Origin: a virus
Direction: 5' to 3' (one strand)
Virus record (IMG/VR): IMGVR_UViG_3300034150_000057
Location: 1-38,398 of that record
Length of the DNA stretch: 38,398 bases
The position numbers and the translations under genes are program-made. Below the pieces are notes generated by a model. The model was not told the origin of the DNA. It was given only the letters and a program-made list of their open reading frames with translations, and searched no databases. This document shows, one piece after another, positions 1 to 6,169 of the stretch. Position 1 is the stretch's first letter. Each line of letters opens with the position of its first letter.

Positions 1-127
1 TCTCATTCGCCGGACTCGAGCAATAGCTCGGCCTCGCTCAGCAATTGATCGACGTCCATCCCAGCCTCGCCGTCCGCGACAATGCGCTTTGCCAGGGCCT
101 TGATATCAACAGTCACGTCCACTCGGT
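1..127. repeat. Terminal direct repeat: 1-127 is identical to 38272-38398. This is the assembly overlap of a circular or terminally redundant genome with unique length 38,271 bp.
   Basis: Read directly: tctcattcgccggactcgag...agtcacgtccactcggt occurs at both window ends. The repeat contains the terS stop codon and the ATG of the next gene, so the operon is continuous across the junction. Confidence 0.95.
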
Positions 128-449
128 CGCGCTTGCCCCACTTCGCCGATCGCCGGCGCTCGAGCCAGAACGTCGTCGCTTGCAGATCGCCCATGACGGC
201 GTGAGCACGGAGCAGGGCCGTAAACGACGCCTCGGCTTTGTCTTCCGCCGCGACGACCAGCTTGGCGAACTCGGGGTCATGGTTCATCCAGCCGTACGGC
301 GTATTGCGATGGACACCAATTGCGCCGGCCGCAGCCTCTCGCGTCATGCCCTGCTCCAGGCATAGCAGATACGCCTCGACTCGCTGGTCGCTCATTTTGC
401 TATTGGCCGGCTGGCCGTTTGGCATCGCAGTTCGCAATGGTTCCCTCAT
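3..449 (-). CDS. terS: Terminase small subunit (HTH-type)
   Basis: 148-aa ORF. The HTH segment MTREAAAGAIGVHRNTPYGWM is followed by TTFWLERRRSAKWGKRD, a motif I recognise from small terminases. It lies two genes upstream of terL across the circular junction. GGTAGGA sits 8 nt before the ATG. The stop TGA overlaps the ATG of the next gene (ATGA, visible in the 38274-38277 copy). Confidence 0.7.
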   Translation of the reverse strand: MREPLRTAMPNGQPANSKMSDQRVEAYLLCLEQGMTREAAAGAIGVHRNTPYGWMNHDPEFAKLVVAAEDKAEASFTALLRAHAVMGDLQATTFWLERRRSAKWGKRDRVDVTVDIKALAKRIVADGEAGMDVDQLLSEAELLLESGE

Positions 450-520
450 TCGGCAATCCTACCGTGTCTCACGCGACGCACGATTCTCCCTAGAGGCCTG
501 GAGGTTCGTTTTCTCCCTAT

Positions 521-656
521 CTTTCACCAGACTTTCACCCTACACACGTATACGTGTAGGCGTCGCGCACCGGCATAGCCTTCAACCGCGGTTGAAAGCA
601 GCGCCGTTACCTCCGGCAAAATCGCTATTTTTCACATTTTTCACCGGCCGTGAAAG
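521..656. promoter_or_regulatory. Iteron/palindrome cluster between primase-helicase and terS. Candidate cos/pac terminase-binding region or replication origin; it may also hold a late promoter.
   Basis: CTTTCACC at 521-528 and 532-539 (11-bp phasing). TTTCAC at 630-635 and 639-644, with inverted GTGAAA at 650-655. Perfect palindromes ACACGTATACGTGT (544-557) and TTCAACCGCGGTTGAA (581-596). The 218-nt non-coding gap is visibly AT-richer than its flanks. Confidence 0.5.
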
Positions 657-667
657 ATTGACGATAT

Positions 668-2350
668 TCATTTCTCCACTCGCCGGTGGTACATCAAAAC
701 CTTCGACCCAGGCATTGTTCGGAACACTACCATCCGCGCATCCTTCAACTCATTCAACGTCCTGGTCACGGTCGCATATGAGAACCTAGACAACGTCACC
801 AGCTCCTCACGTGACATGCCAGGCCACTCGTCAGGTAACAATTCCAAGATAGTAACAGCGGCACGTTCCTTACTCGCCACGATCTTCACCGTCGCTGCGG
901 TTCCCACCAATTGATTAGGCAATTCGCCGGCCTTGCTCCAGGCCCAACTCAATTCGATAGGCGGGGTCACGGCTCGCTGGTTGCTCTTCCTATTCGTCAA
1001 CAGGCGCAGGTCTGGATCCTCGGGCCGGCTCATACCGTACGTGAGGCGTGCACCATTGCTCCAGAATGCGCTCCCGAACGGATGCTGCGGATCGACGTCC
1101 GCTTTCGGTGTGTGCGCCAGGCTGAGAGCCGGCAACCCGATTTGCGCAATCGCGGCACTGTACTTGATGGCGGTCGTGGATTTCTCCACGTCATTACCGA
1201 CGCAGGCGTACCCGACACTGTCGATGACGAGATATGTAACATCAAGGCGAGTTACTTCCAGGCGAATTCCCTCGACGTCATCCCAGATTGCCTGCGTGGG
1301 CTGCGAAATATGGACGCGGGTGAGATCTCCCTCGAAAGCCCTGACGCGCGGCTTCCACTCCATCGAAGCATGGCGCTCATAGTCCAATAGCAGGACGTTG
1401 TGCCCGAGGTTTACGAGCATACTCGTCCACCAGGCAGCGACGATGCCCTTACCGGTGCCACCATCACCGAACAGGATCGTATGATCGCCGGGGTCCAGCC
1501 AACCTACCAGGAGTGGCTGAGGTTCGTAATCCGCGACCTCGCTCAACGGCATGGACCAGAATGTGTTCTCGACAATGGTGGGTGACGGTGGCGCCTGGCG
1601 GATCAGCTCCTCGACTTGCGTAGGAGTGAGCACTTCGACGGCATCCGCCGCGTCCCATCCTTTGGCGACGCCTTCAGGTGGCTCGACGGTACGAGGTTTG
1701 CTGCCGTGTGCCTTCAGCTCGTCAGCCAGGCGGGACATGTGAAGCAACCCGACGTCATCGGCGTCCGGCCAGAATGTGATGGGCCGGCCGAGAAGTGGGC
1801 CAAGGGCCACAAGGCTCGGCGTCGCCTGCGCACCTGTCACGGTGCCCAGGGCGTGAAACCCCGCGTCGAGAAGTGCCTGGGCAGCCTTCTCTCCTTCGGT
1901 CACGACGATAATCTCGTCGGTTGGCCAGGCTGGGAGGAGTTGCGAGCCGTATAGCGGAAGGTCTTCGGCTCGCAGACCGTTGAGGCCGCCTTCCCACGTC
2001 ATCGACTTGGAACCGTTGGCCAGGTCTGTCCGCACGTGCGTGGCTCGCAGGATGCCGGCCACATCGCGGATTTCGTACCGTATGGCCGGGGCATGCCCAT
2101 TCAGGCGGGGCCGGAAGCTCACCACCACGTCGCGTTGTATGGGCGTGGCCTCGATTGCGGCTACGATCGCCTCGTATTTGCAACCGGCAAAGCATTTGAC
2201 GAGCGCGTCTTTGCCAACTCGCCCGGTGACATGGAGACTTGGCGCCTCATCGGGATGCGCAGGACAGATGCCCTTGAAATCCTGTGGCCGCCCAATTACT
2301 CCGTCCAAATGCTCCCGCCACCATTCAGCAGGCCGGCGGGCCTCAAACAT
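668..2350 (-). CDS. Bifunctional DNA primase / RecA-fold helicase with C-terminal winged-helix domain
   Basis: 560 aa. DnaG-type CHC2 zinc finger: CPAHPDEAPSLHV...KCFAGC. Toprim motifs: VVTEGEKAA and WPDADDVG. Walker A FGDGGTGKG and Walker B-like YLVIDSV (AAA_25/RepA-like). The C-terminal MSREELVTLSRFSYATVTRTLNELKDARMV looks like a MarR-type wHTH. Confidence 0.85.
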   Translation of the reverse strand: MFEARRPAEWWREHLDGVIGRPQDFKGICPAHPDEAPSLHVTGRVGKDALVKCFAGCKYEAIVAAIEATPIQRDVVVSFRPRLNGHAPAIRYEIRDVAGILRATHVRTDLANGSKSMTWEGGLNGLRAEDLPLYGSQLLPAWPTDEIIVVTEGEKAAQALLDAGFHALGTVTGAQATPSLVALGPLLGRPITFWPDADDVGLLHMSRLADELKAHGSKPRTVEPPEGVAKGWDAADAVEVLTPTQVEELIRQAPPSPTIVENTFWSMPLSEVADYEPQPLLVGWLDPGDHTILFGDGGTGKGIVAAWWTSMLVNLGHNVLLLDYERHASMEWKPRVRAFEGDLTRVHISQPTQAIWDDVEGIRLEVTRLDVTYLVIDSVGYACVGNDVEKSTTAIKYSAAIAQIGLPALSLAHTPKADVDPQHPFGSAFWSNGARLTYGMSRPEDPDLRLLTNRKSNQRAVTPPIELSWAWSKAGELPNQLVGTAATVKIVASKERAAVTILELLPDEWPGMSREELVTLSRFSYATVTRTLNELKDARMVVFRTMPGSKVLMYHRRVEK

Positions 2351-2515
2351 CGGTCACGTGGAATTCCTCAAAATCCGCGGTTCCCACTTCCCCTACGAAT
2401 TTCTCAGTGGCCGCCGGGTAAACGTCCTGGTAGTGGACGCTTGCCAGATTACCAGCCTGGCGCCCGGCGGCCTGCACGCTCGCTCGCAAGGGGACAACGA
2501 GGGGTGCAGCTGCCA

Positions 2516-2544
2516 ATGATAATCCGGGAATGGAAATATGGGAA
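2516..2544 (-). promoter_or_regulatory. Candidate minus-strand promoter (TTCCCA-N17-TATCAT) facing the primase-helicase / late transcription unit
   Basis: The -35 TTCCCA is the complement of 2539-2544 and the -10 TATCAT is the complement of 2516-2521, with a 17-nt spacer. It has the same -35 class and spacing as the plus-strand promoters at 7158, 7447 and 13048. It lies in the 343-nt divergent intergenic region. Confidence 0.35.
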
Positions 2545-2617
2545 CGGTCATGAAATTCGCCAGGCCGGCTCCTGCCGGCAGTACTAGTGTCTAGCCGAAG
2601 GTACTGCATTTGGGGGG

Positions 2618-2646
2618 TGTACGCCGGCCCTGGATAGGCCTATAAT
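2618..2646 (+). promoter_or_regulatory. Early promoter P1 (TGTACG-N17-TATAAT, followed by CATC)
   Basis: The -35 is at 2618-2623 and the -10 at 2641-2646. It belongs to a six-member family sharing a YTATAWTCAT block. It is followed by a UTR hairpin (CCTGCG gacca CGCGGG, 2658-2674) and SD AAGGGGA (2682-2688), 5 nt before the ATG at 2694. Confidence 0.55.
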
Positions 2647-2693
2647 CATCTCCTACGCCTGCGGACCACGCGGGTACCTTCAAGGGGAACAGA

Positions 2694-2900
2694 ATGACTG
2701 ACGAGACCTACGTGAGCCCTTTCGTTGATCCGCCCACCGCAGCGGATTACACGCCGGCGGACGATGCTCTCTTCACGATGATGAGCTACAACGTCAAGAG
2801 CAAGTCTCACGCACGCCGCATCCTCATGTCGGCTGCGATCAACGGGGACTTCATTCCCGATGAATTGCTTGACGCCATCGAATTGGTGTTGAAGTCATGA
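2694..2900 (+). CDS. Hypothetical protein, first early ORF (68 aa)
   Basis: ATG preceded by AAGGGGA SD and promoter P1. The stop overlaps the next start (ATGA at 2897). Confidence 0.65.
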   Translation: MTDETYVSPFVDPPTAADYTPADDALFTMMSYNVKSKSHARRILMSAAINGDFIPDELLDAIELVLKS

Positions 2901-3088
2901 GCGCCGGCCTTGACCTCAAGCATACGGCTCAGCCGTCCATGCTGAAGGGGTTTCGCACACAGTACGTTGGAAACGTGTTGGTAAACCGCTGCGTCGTGTG
3001 CAATTGCAAAATCTGGCGAACAGCGGACCGTTTCCTTTGGTCCCACAGCACGCCGTCGCGAACGGCGAGAATTACGAGTGTCAAGTGA
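2897..3088 (+). CDS. Hypothetical small protein (63 aa, contains CVVCNC)
   Basis: ATGA coupling to the upstream ORF and GTGA coupling to the downstream ORF. The competing frame (2998..3285) lacks an SD. Confidence 0.45.
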   Translation: MSAGLDLKHTAQPSMLKGFRTQYVGNVLVNRCVVCNCKIWRTADRFLWSHSTPSRTARITSVK

Positions 3089-3285
3089 ACGGAACATACG
3101 GCCAACTCTCGCTGCGCCTCGAGGTCACGATCCCAACCCCCGTTTGCGAGTGCAAATCCGCCAGGCCGGCGAATTTCACCAACCTGACCGCCAATTGCAC
3201 GCGGTGCGGAGTGGAGACCGAGGTTGATATCTCAGGCCTCTGCGAGCCGTGCGGCCAGCCCAGCGAAGAAGTCTACGGGTCATGA
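3085..3285 (+). CDS. Hypothetical Cys-rich small protein (66 aa; possible zinc ribbon, CEC...CTRC...CEPC)
   Basis: The GTG at 3085 overlaps the upstream stop (GTGA). It is in frame with track ORF 2998..3285, and the stop overlaps the next ATG (ATGA at 3282). The start is uncertain. Confidence 0.5.
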   Translation: MNGTYGQLSLRLEVTIPTPVCECKSARPANFTNLTANCTRCGVETEVDISGLCEPCGQPSEEVYGS

Positions 3286-3458
3286 GCAAGCGCAATCACC
3301 CCGCCACCATCTCAGCGAATTTGATGGGGCAGGCCAAGCTTGACCGCCTCATCCGCGAGTCTCAGCAGCGCCTGGCAATTGGGGCCACGATCAAGAATTC
3401 CCGTGGCACGGCCGTATGGAACGGCACGGCGTGGGTATATGGAAGGACTTCGCGATGA
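3282..3458 (+). CDS. Hypothetical small protein (58 aa)
   Basis: The internal ATG of track ORF 3249..3458 forms ATGA overlaps at both ends (3282 and 3455). Confidence 0.5.
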   Translation: MSKRNHPATISANLMGQAKLDRLIRESQQRLAIGATIKNSRGTAVWNGTAWVYGRTSR

Positions 3459-3610
3459 CGGCCAAGGTTCCGCCGCACAAGTACAGTGACCCATACCGCA
3501 TGAGCCGTTGCACTCATTGCGGGCGGCCGGCGAAAACCTGGCAGACCGTGAATGGAAAGTCAGTCAAGACGTGGTCAAAGCCCACGAAGAATTGCCGAGA
3601 CACGTGGTGA
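3455..3610 (+). CDS. Hypothetical small protein (51 aa, contains CTHC)
   Basis: ATGA overlap at 3455 and GTGA overlap with the next ORF at 3607. In frame with track ORF 3416..3610. Confidence 0.45.
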   Translation: MTAKVPPHKYSDPYRMSRCTHCGRPAKTWQTVNGKSVKTWSKPTKNCRDTW

Positions 3611-3783
3611 ACAGCCGCAACATCGTGTGGAGTACGGCACGCCACTTCATCCTCAAGGAGAACGGTGAATTTCTCGTGTACGAGTCACGGGATGGGATCG
3701 CCACATTGAAGGCAGCCAGGCAAACCCTCGACGCCGCGAAGACTGCGGCGCGGGACTTGAACAACGGAAGGCGCGTGTCATGA
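3607..3783 (+). CDS. Hypothetical small protein (58 aa)
   Basis: GTG at 3607 (or 3604) overlaps the upstream stop. The stop overlaps the ATG at 3780 (ATGA). Confidence 0.5.
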   Translation: MNSRNIVWSTARHFILKENGEFLVYESRDGIATLKAARQTLDAAKTAARDLNNGRRVS

Positions 3784-4223
3784 AGACCACAGTTCACAAC
3801 AAGATCGCGAAAACCCATGCGGGCTCCAAGAGTCTGCGTGACCAGCAATCCACATATGAGGGTGGCGCCGGCGCGTCAGGCCGCGGAGCCAAGCCCAGCG
3901 AGGCGCCGGCACACGTCGTCGTGGACCCGCGAACCTCGCCCATGCCAGGCGCAACGCGCTCCAACGGCGAGCCTGAGATCATCATCGTCCATTGCCGCAA
4001 CCTGCGAGTTGGGGATCGCGTTGTCAAATGGGGCGAGCCTGTCGAATATGGTCTCGTGACGTCAAACCTCGAGGGAACCATCTGCGTGATGTGGGACGAT
4101 GGTCAGCTCACCACTCAAACCTGGAGGCATTCGCGATACAACCTTCAGAAAGCCGTGCGCACCGTTGAGCTATGGGAGCGCGCCACCAAACCTGGCCGGC
4201 CGCCGAAGAGCATCACGGGATAA
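3780..4223 (+). CDS. Hypothetical protein (147 aa)
   Basis: ATGA-coupled start. It is the last gene of the first early operon and is followed by a 260-nt non-coding gap. The C-terminal half looks like a small beta-barrel (VGDRVVKWGEPVEYGLV...VMWDDGQ). Confidence 0.65.
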   Translation: MKTTVHNKIAKTHAGSKSLRDQQSTYEGGAGASGRGAKPSEAPAHVVVDPRTSPMPGATRSNGEPEIIIVHCRNLRVGDRVVKWGEPVEYGLVTSNLEGTICVMWDDGQLTTQTWRHSRYNLQKAVRTVELWERATKPGRPPKSITG

Positions 4224-4311
4224 TCTCATACCGCGACAGCCCAGGATGCCCCGGGCCGGCCATTTTCTCGAGGGTGGGTAAACACTCGACTTCGAGGTTT
4301 GGGCCGGCCAC

Positions 4312-4339
4312 GGGGCGTCCTGGACTCTCGTGGGGCGTC
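4312..4339 (+). repeat. Direct repeat of GGGGCGTC (4312-4319 and 4332-4339), 20 nt apart; candidate operator
   Basis: Seen as cacGGGGCGTCctgg and cgtGGGGCGTCacgg. The same octamer or its complement recurs at 7127-7133, 7136-7143, 7441-7448 and 7463-7469, and as ACGCCC abutting the -10 at 4428-4433. Confidence 0.4.
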
Positions 4340-4409
4340 ACGGCCTGGCCGGCGCCTGGCGGCCCGATCGGTTGGGAAGGCCTTGCCCTGAAAGTCTGAC
4401 CAAAAGTCC

Positions 4410-4439
4410 TATACGCGGCGTGGACCAACGCCCTATAAT
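4410..4439 (+). promoter_or_regulatory. Early promoter P2 (TATACG-N18-TATAAT, followed by CATC)
   Basis: The -10 is at 4434-4439 inside gccctataatcatc. A perfect UTR hairpin CCGCCC acct GGGCGG lies at 4449-4464. SD AAGGGGA at 4471-4477 sits 6 nt before the GTG at 4484. Confidence 0.55.
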
Positions 4440-4483
4440 CATCTTCTACCGCCCACCTGGGCGGGCAAGCAAGGGGAACCACC

Positions 4484-4888
4484 GTGACCAACGGACCTGA
4501 CTACGGCAAGCTGAAAATGGCTCGCCTGCTCGTTGAATTGGATGCGAGCCACACATACACCGTGCCGGCCGACATTCTCGCCGACGCCAAGCAGACCATC
4601 GCCTGGCAGACGAGCGTCGCGAAGACCGCTGAATGGCAGCGAAACCGCGCACTCGAGGAAACCCTCAAGCGTCAGGCCATTCTCGACGCTGACGTCGCGG
4701 TTACGAGTGACACCGCGATGTGCGAGGCTCGCGTCTTCGAGCGCTCATACTTCGACAGCCGCGGACATGCCTGCGGCAAGCGAGCCAAGTTCGTGCGAAC
4801 CTGGACCGACAATCAGAAGAACGTGCGGCAGTCACTCCTCTGCGGAACCCATCGTCAGGTCAAGGGCGAGTACGGCTGGCCTTTCTAA
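4484..4888 (+). CDS. Hypothetical protein (134 aa)
   Basis: GTG start behind the P2/SD cassette. Cys/His residues in the C-terminal half (CEA...HACG...CGTH) suggest possible metal binding. Confidence 0.65.
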   Translation: MTNGPDYGKLKMARLLVELDASHTYTVPADILADAKQTIAWQTSVAKTAEWQRNRALEETLKRQAILDADVAVTSDTAMCEARVFERSYFDSRGHACGKRAKFVRTWTDNQKNVRQSLLCGTHRQVKGEYGWPF

Positions 4889-4899
4889 GCGGAACCCAC

Positions 4900-4923
4900 G
4901 GCCGGCGAATTACCACGCCGGCC
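4900..4923 (+). other. Perfect 8-bp GC stem-loop (GGCCGGCG aattacca CGCCGGCC) between two early genes
   Basis: It starts 12 nt after the stop at 4886-4888 and has no U-tract. It is followed by SD AAGGGGA (4934-4940). It could be an attenuator, a processing site or an RNA-stability element. Confidence 0.4.
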
Positions 4924-4948
4924 ACCACACCTCAAGGGGAAATATCAA

Positions 4949-5707
4949 ATGAGCACCTCCGAAGACATGCTGCGCAAGGTCCAGGCGCTTCTCGCGAAGG
5001 CTGAGAGCACGGACAACGAGCACGAGTCTGAAGCATTCTTCAGCAAGGCTCGCGAGTTGATGCTGAACCACGCGATTGACGAGCAGATGCTCCGTCAGGC
5101 GAGCGCGGAGAAGCGGGCGAGTGAAGCCCCCATCATGGTCGAATACATGTTCTCGACGAGCGACTCGAACGCCGTCGGCAAGAAGATGCTGTTGAACATG
5201 ATCGCGCGAGCCAACCACGTGCGGATGATCCAGTATCAAAACCGCCGGAACTCAAACCTCCATCGGCCTGGCAATTCCGGCGTCGCGTCGCAGTGGTGCG
5301 CCCTCGTAGGGTTCAAGTCCGACATTGAGGTGGTGAAGATGCTCTACGTGAGCCTCCTCATCCAGGGCGCGCATTTCGGCCATCAGGCATTCGTCGCGAC
5401 CTACGGGCGAGGCTCGGCCGGCAAGAGCAAATTCCTCACGGGTTTCCTCGTGGGGTTCGGCCAGCGAGTTGGGCAGCGGTTCAACGAGAACAAGCTGGCC
5501 ATGCCGCAATCCTCCACGGCGCTGATCGTCATGCGAGACGCCGAGGTTGACAACGCATTGGGCGGCTTCTTCCCACACCTCGGCCGGGGCAAGCATTCCC
5601 GCTACGACGCACGAGGTGCCGCGGCCGGCCACATTGCCGGCAACCGTGCGGATATCGGATCCCCACAAGTCGGGGCCGGCCTTCGGCGAATTGGCAGCGG
5701 GCGATGA
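4949..5707 (+). CDS. DUF2786-like protein
   Basis: The N-terminus MLRKVQALLAKAESTDNEHESEAFFSKARELMLNHAI matches the DUF2786 signature I recognise (K-x-x-ALLAKAEST...EAEA...KAxELM). AAGGGGA SD 8 nt upstream. Confidence 0.7.
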   Translation: MSTSEDMLRKVQALLAKAESTDNEHESEAFFSKARELMLNHAIDEQMLRQASAEKRASEAPIMVEYMFSTSDSNAVGKKMLLNMIARANHVRMIQYQNRRNSNLHRPGNSGVASQWCALVGFKSDIEVVKMLYVSLLIQGAHFGHQAFVATYGRGSAGKSKFLTGFLVGFGQRVGQRFNENKLAMPQSSTALIVMRDAEVDNALGGFFPHLGRGKHSRYDARGAAAGHIAGNRADIGSPQVGAGLRRIGSGR

Positions 5708-6027
5708 ACGTCCACGTCGTGGTCTTCAGCGAGGATGGCGACACCAACGTCGCCGTCTTCGCTGAGCAGGCTGATGCCCGCGAATTTGCTCGCGGTCTTG
5801 AAGATCATGTGAGGTGGTATATCAACGAGCAGCCGGTAAACCAGCCAGGCGCGGCCACACCGCGCCAGGCCGACGAGCGGATCGAAATCGCGTATCGCGA
5901 CCTGCGATATGACCCGCCCAGGCACAAGCGCATCGTCTGTCGAAATCAGGCGCAATTCGAGCGGTGGCTGTATCTCCATGGAGAGAACGTCGAAGTCATC
6001 GCGACCAGGCAAGCGGAGGCGTCATGA
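5704..6027 (+). CDS. Hypothetical protein (107 aa)
   Basis: ATGA overlap with the upstream stop; no recognisable motif. Confidence 0.6.
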   Translation: MNVHVVVFSEDGDTNVAVFAEQADAREFARGLEDHVRWYINEQPVNQPGAATPRQADERIEIAYRDLRYDPPRHKRIVCRNQAQFERWLYLHGENVEVIATRQAEAS

Positions 6028-6101
6028 CCAAGTGTGGACGCGACGACGATCCGTCTCAACACGACGTATCACGGCCTACCCGTGAGAACGAAAATAGGGG
6101 G

Positions 6102-6130
6102 TGTACAAACCCGATCGCCCAGGGTATATT
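6102..6130 (+). promoter_or_regulatory. Early promoter P3 (TGTACA-N17-TATATT, followed by CATC)
   Basis: The -35 is at 6102-6107, preceded by GGGGG as in P1, and the -10 is at 6125-6130. UTR hairpin GGCCG accac CGGCC at 6142-6156. SD AAGGGGA at 6158-6164 sits 5 nt before the ATG at 6170. Confidence 0.55.
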
Positions 6131-6169
6131 CATCGTCAGCCGGCCGACCACCGGCCTAAGGGGAAGCAA

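Noticed and set aside
544-557. Palindrome ACACGTATACGTGT resembling an NrdR box (ACAC...GTGT ends).
   Set aside because: - It is only 14 bp, against the 16-bp NrdR consensus.
- It is a single copy, whereas NrdR boxes come in phased pairs.
- It is not upstream of a ribonucleotide reductase gene.
640-671. Plus-strand promoter-like element TTCACC-N17-GATATT-CAT, pointing antisense into the 3' end of the primase-helicase gene.
   Set aside because: - It matches the class-2 promoters only partly (8 of 9 in the -10 block, a weak -35).
- There is no downstream plus-strand gene.
- It overlaps the TTTCAC repeat cluster, which explains the -35-like hexamer.
2343-2609. 88-aa minus-strand ORF upstream of, and 8 nt overlapping, the primase-helicase start (ATGTTTGA).
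   Set aside because: - The first half has mostly A/T-ending codons, unlike real genes here.
- It runs through the predicted divergent promoters.
- No SD precedes any candidate start.

A short 3' portion (from the GTG near 2462) could still be a leader peptide, but I cannot support it.
2998-3285. Full-length 95-aa version of the Cys-rich ORF.
   Set aside because: - It starts at a GTG with no SD.
- It would overlap the preceding ORF by 91 nt.
- The GTGA-coupled start at 3085 fits the pattern used throughout the operon.

The choice remains uncertain.
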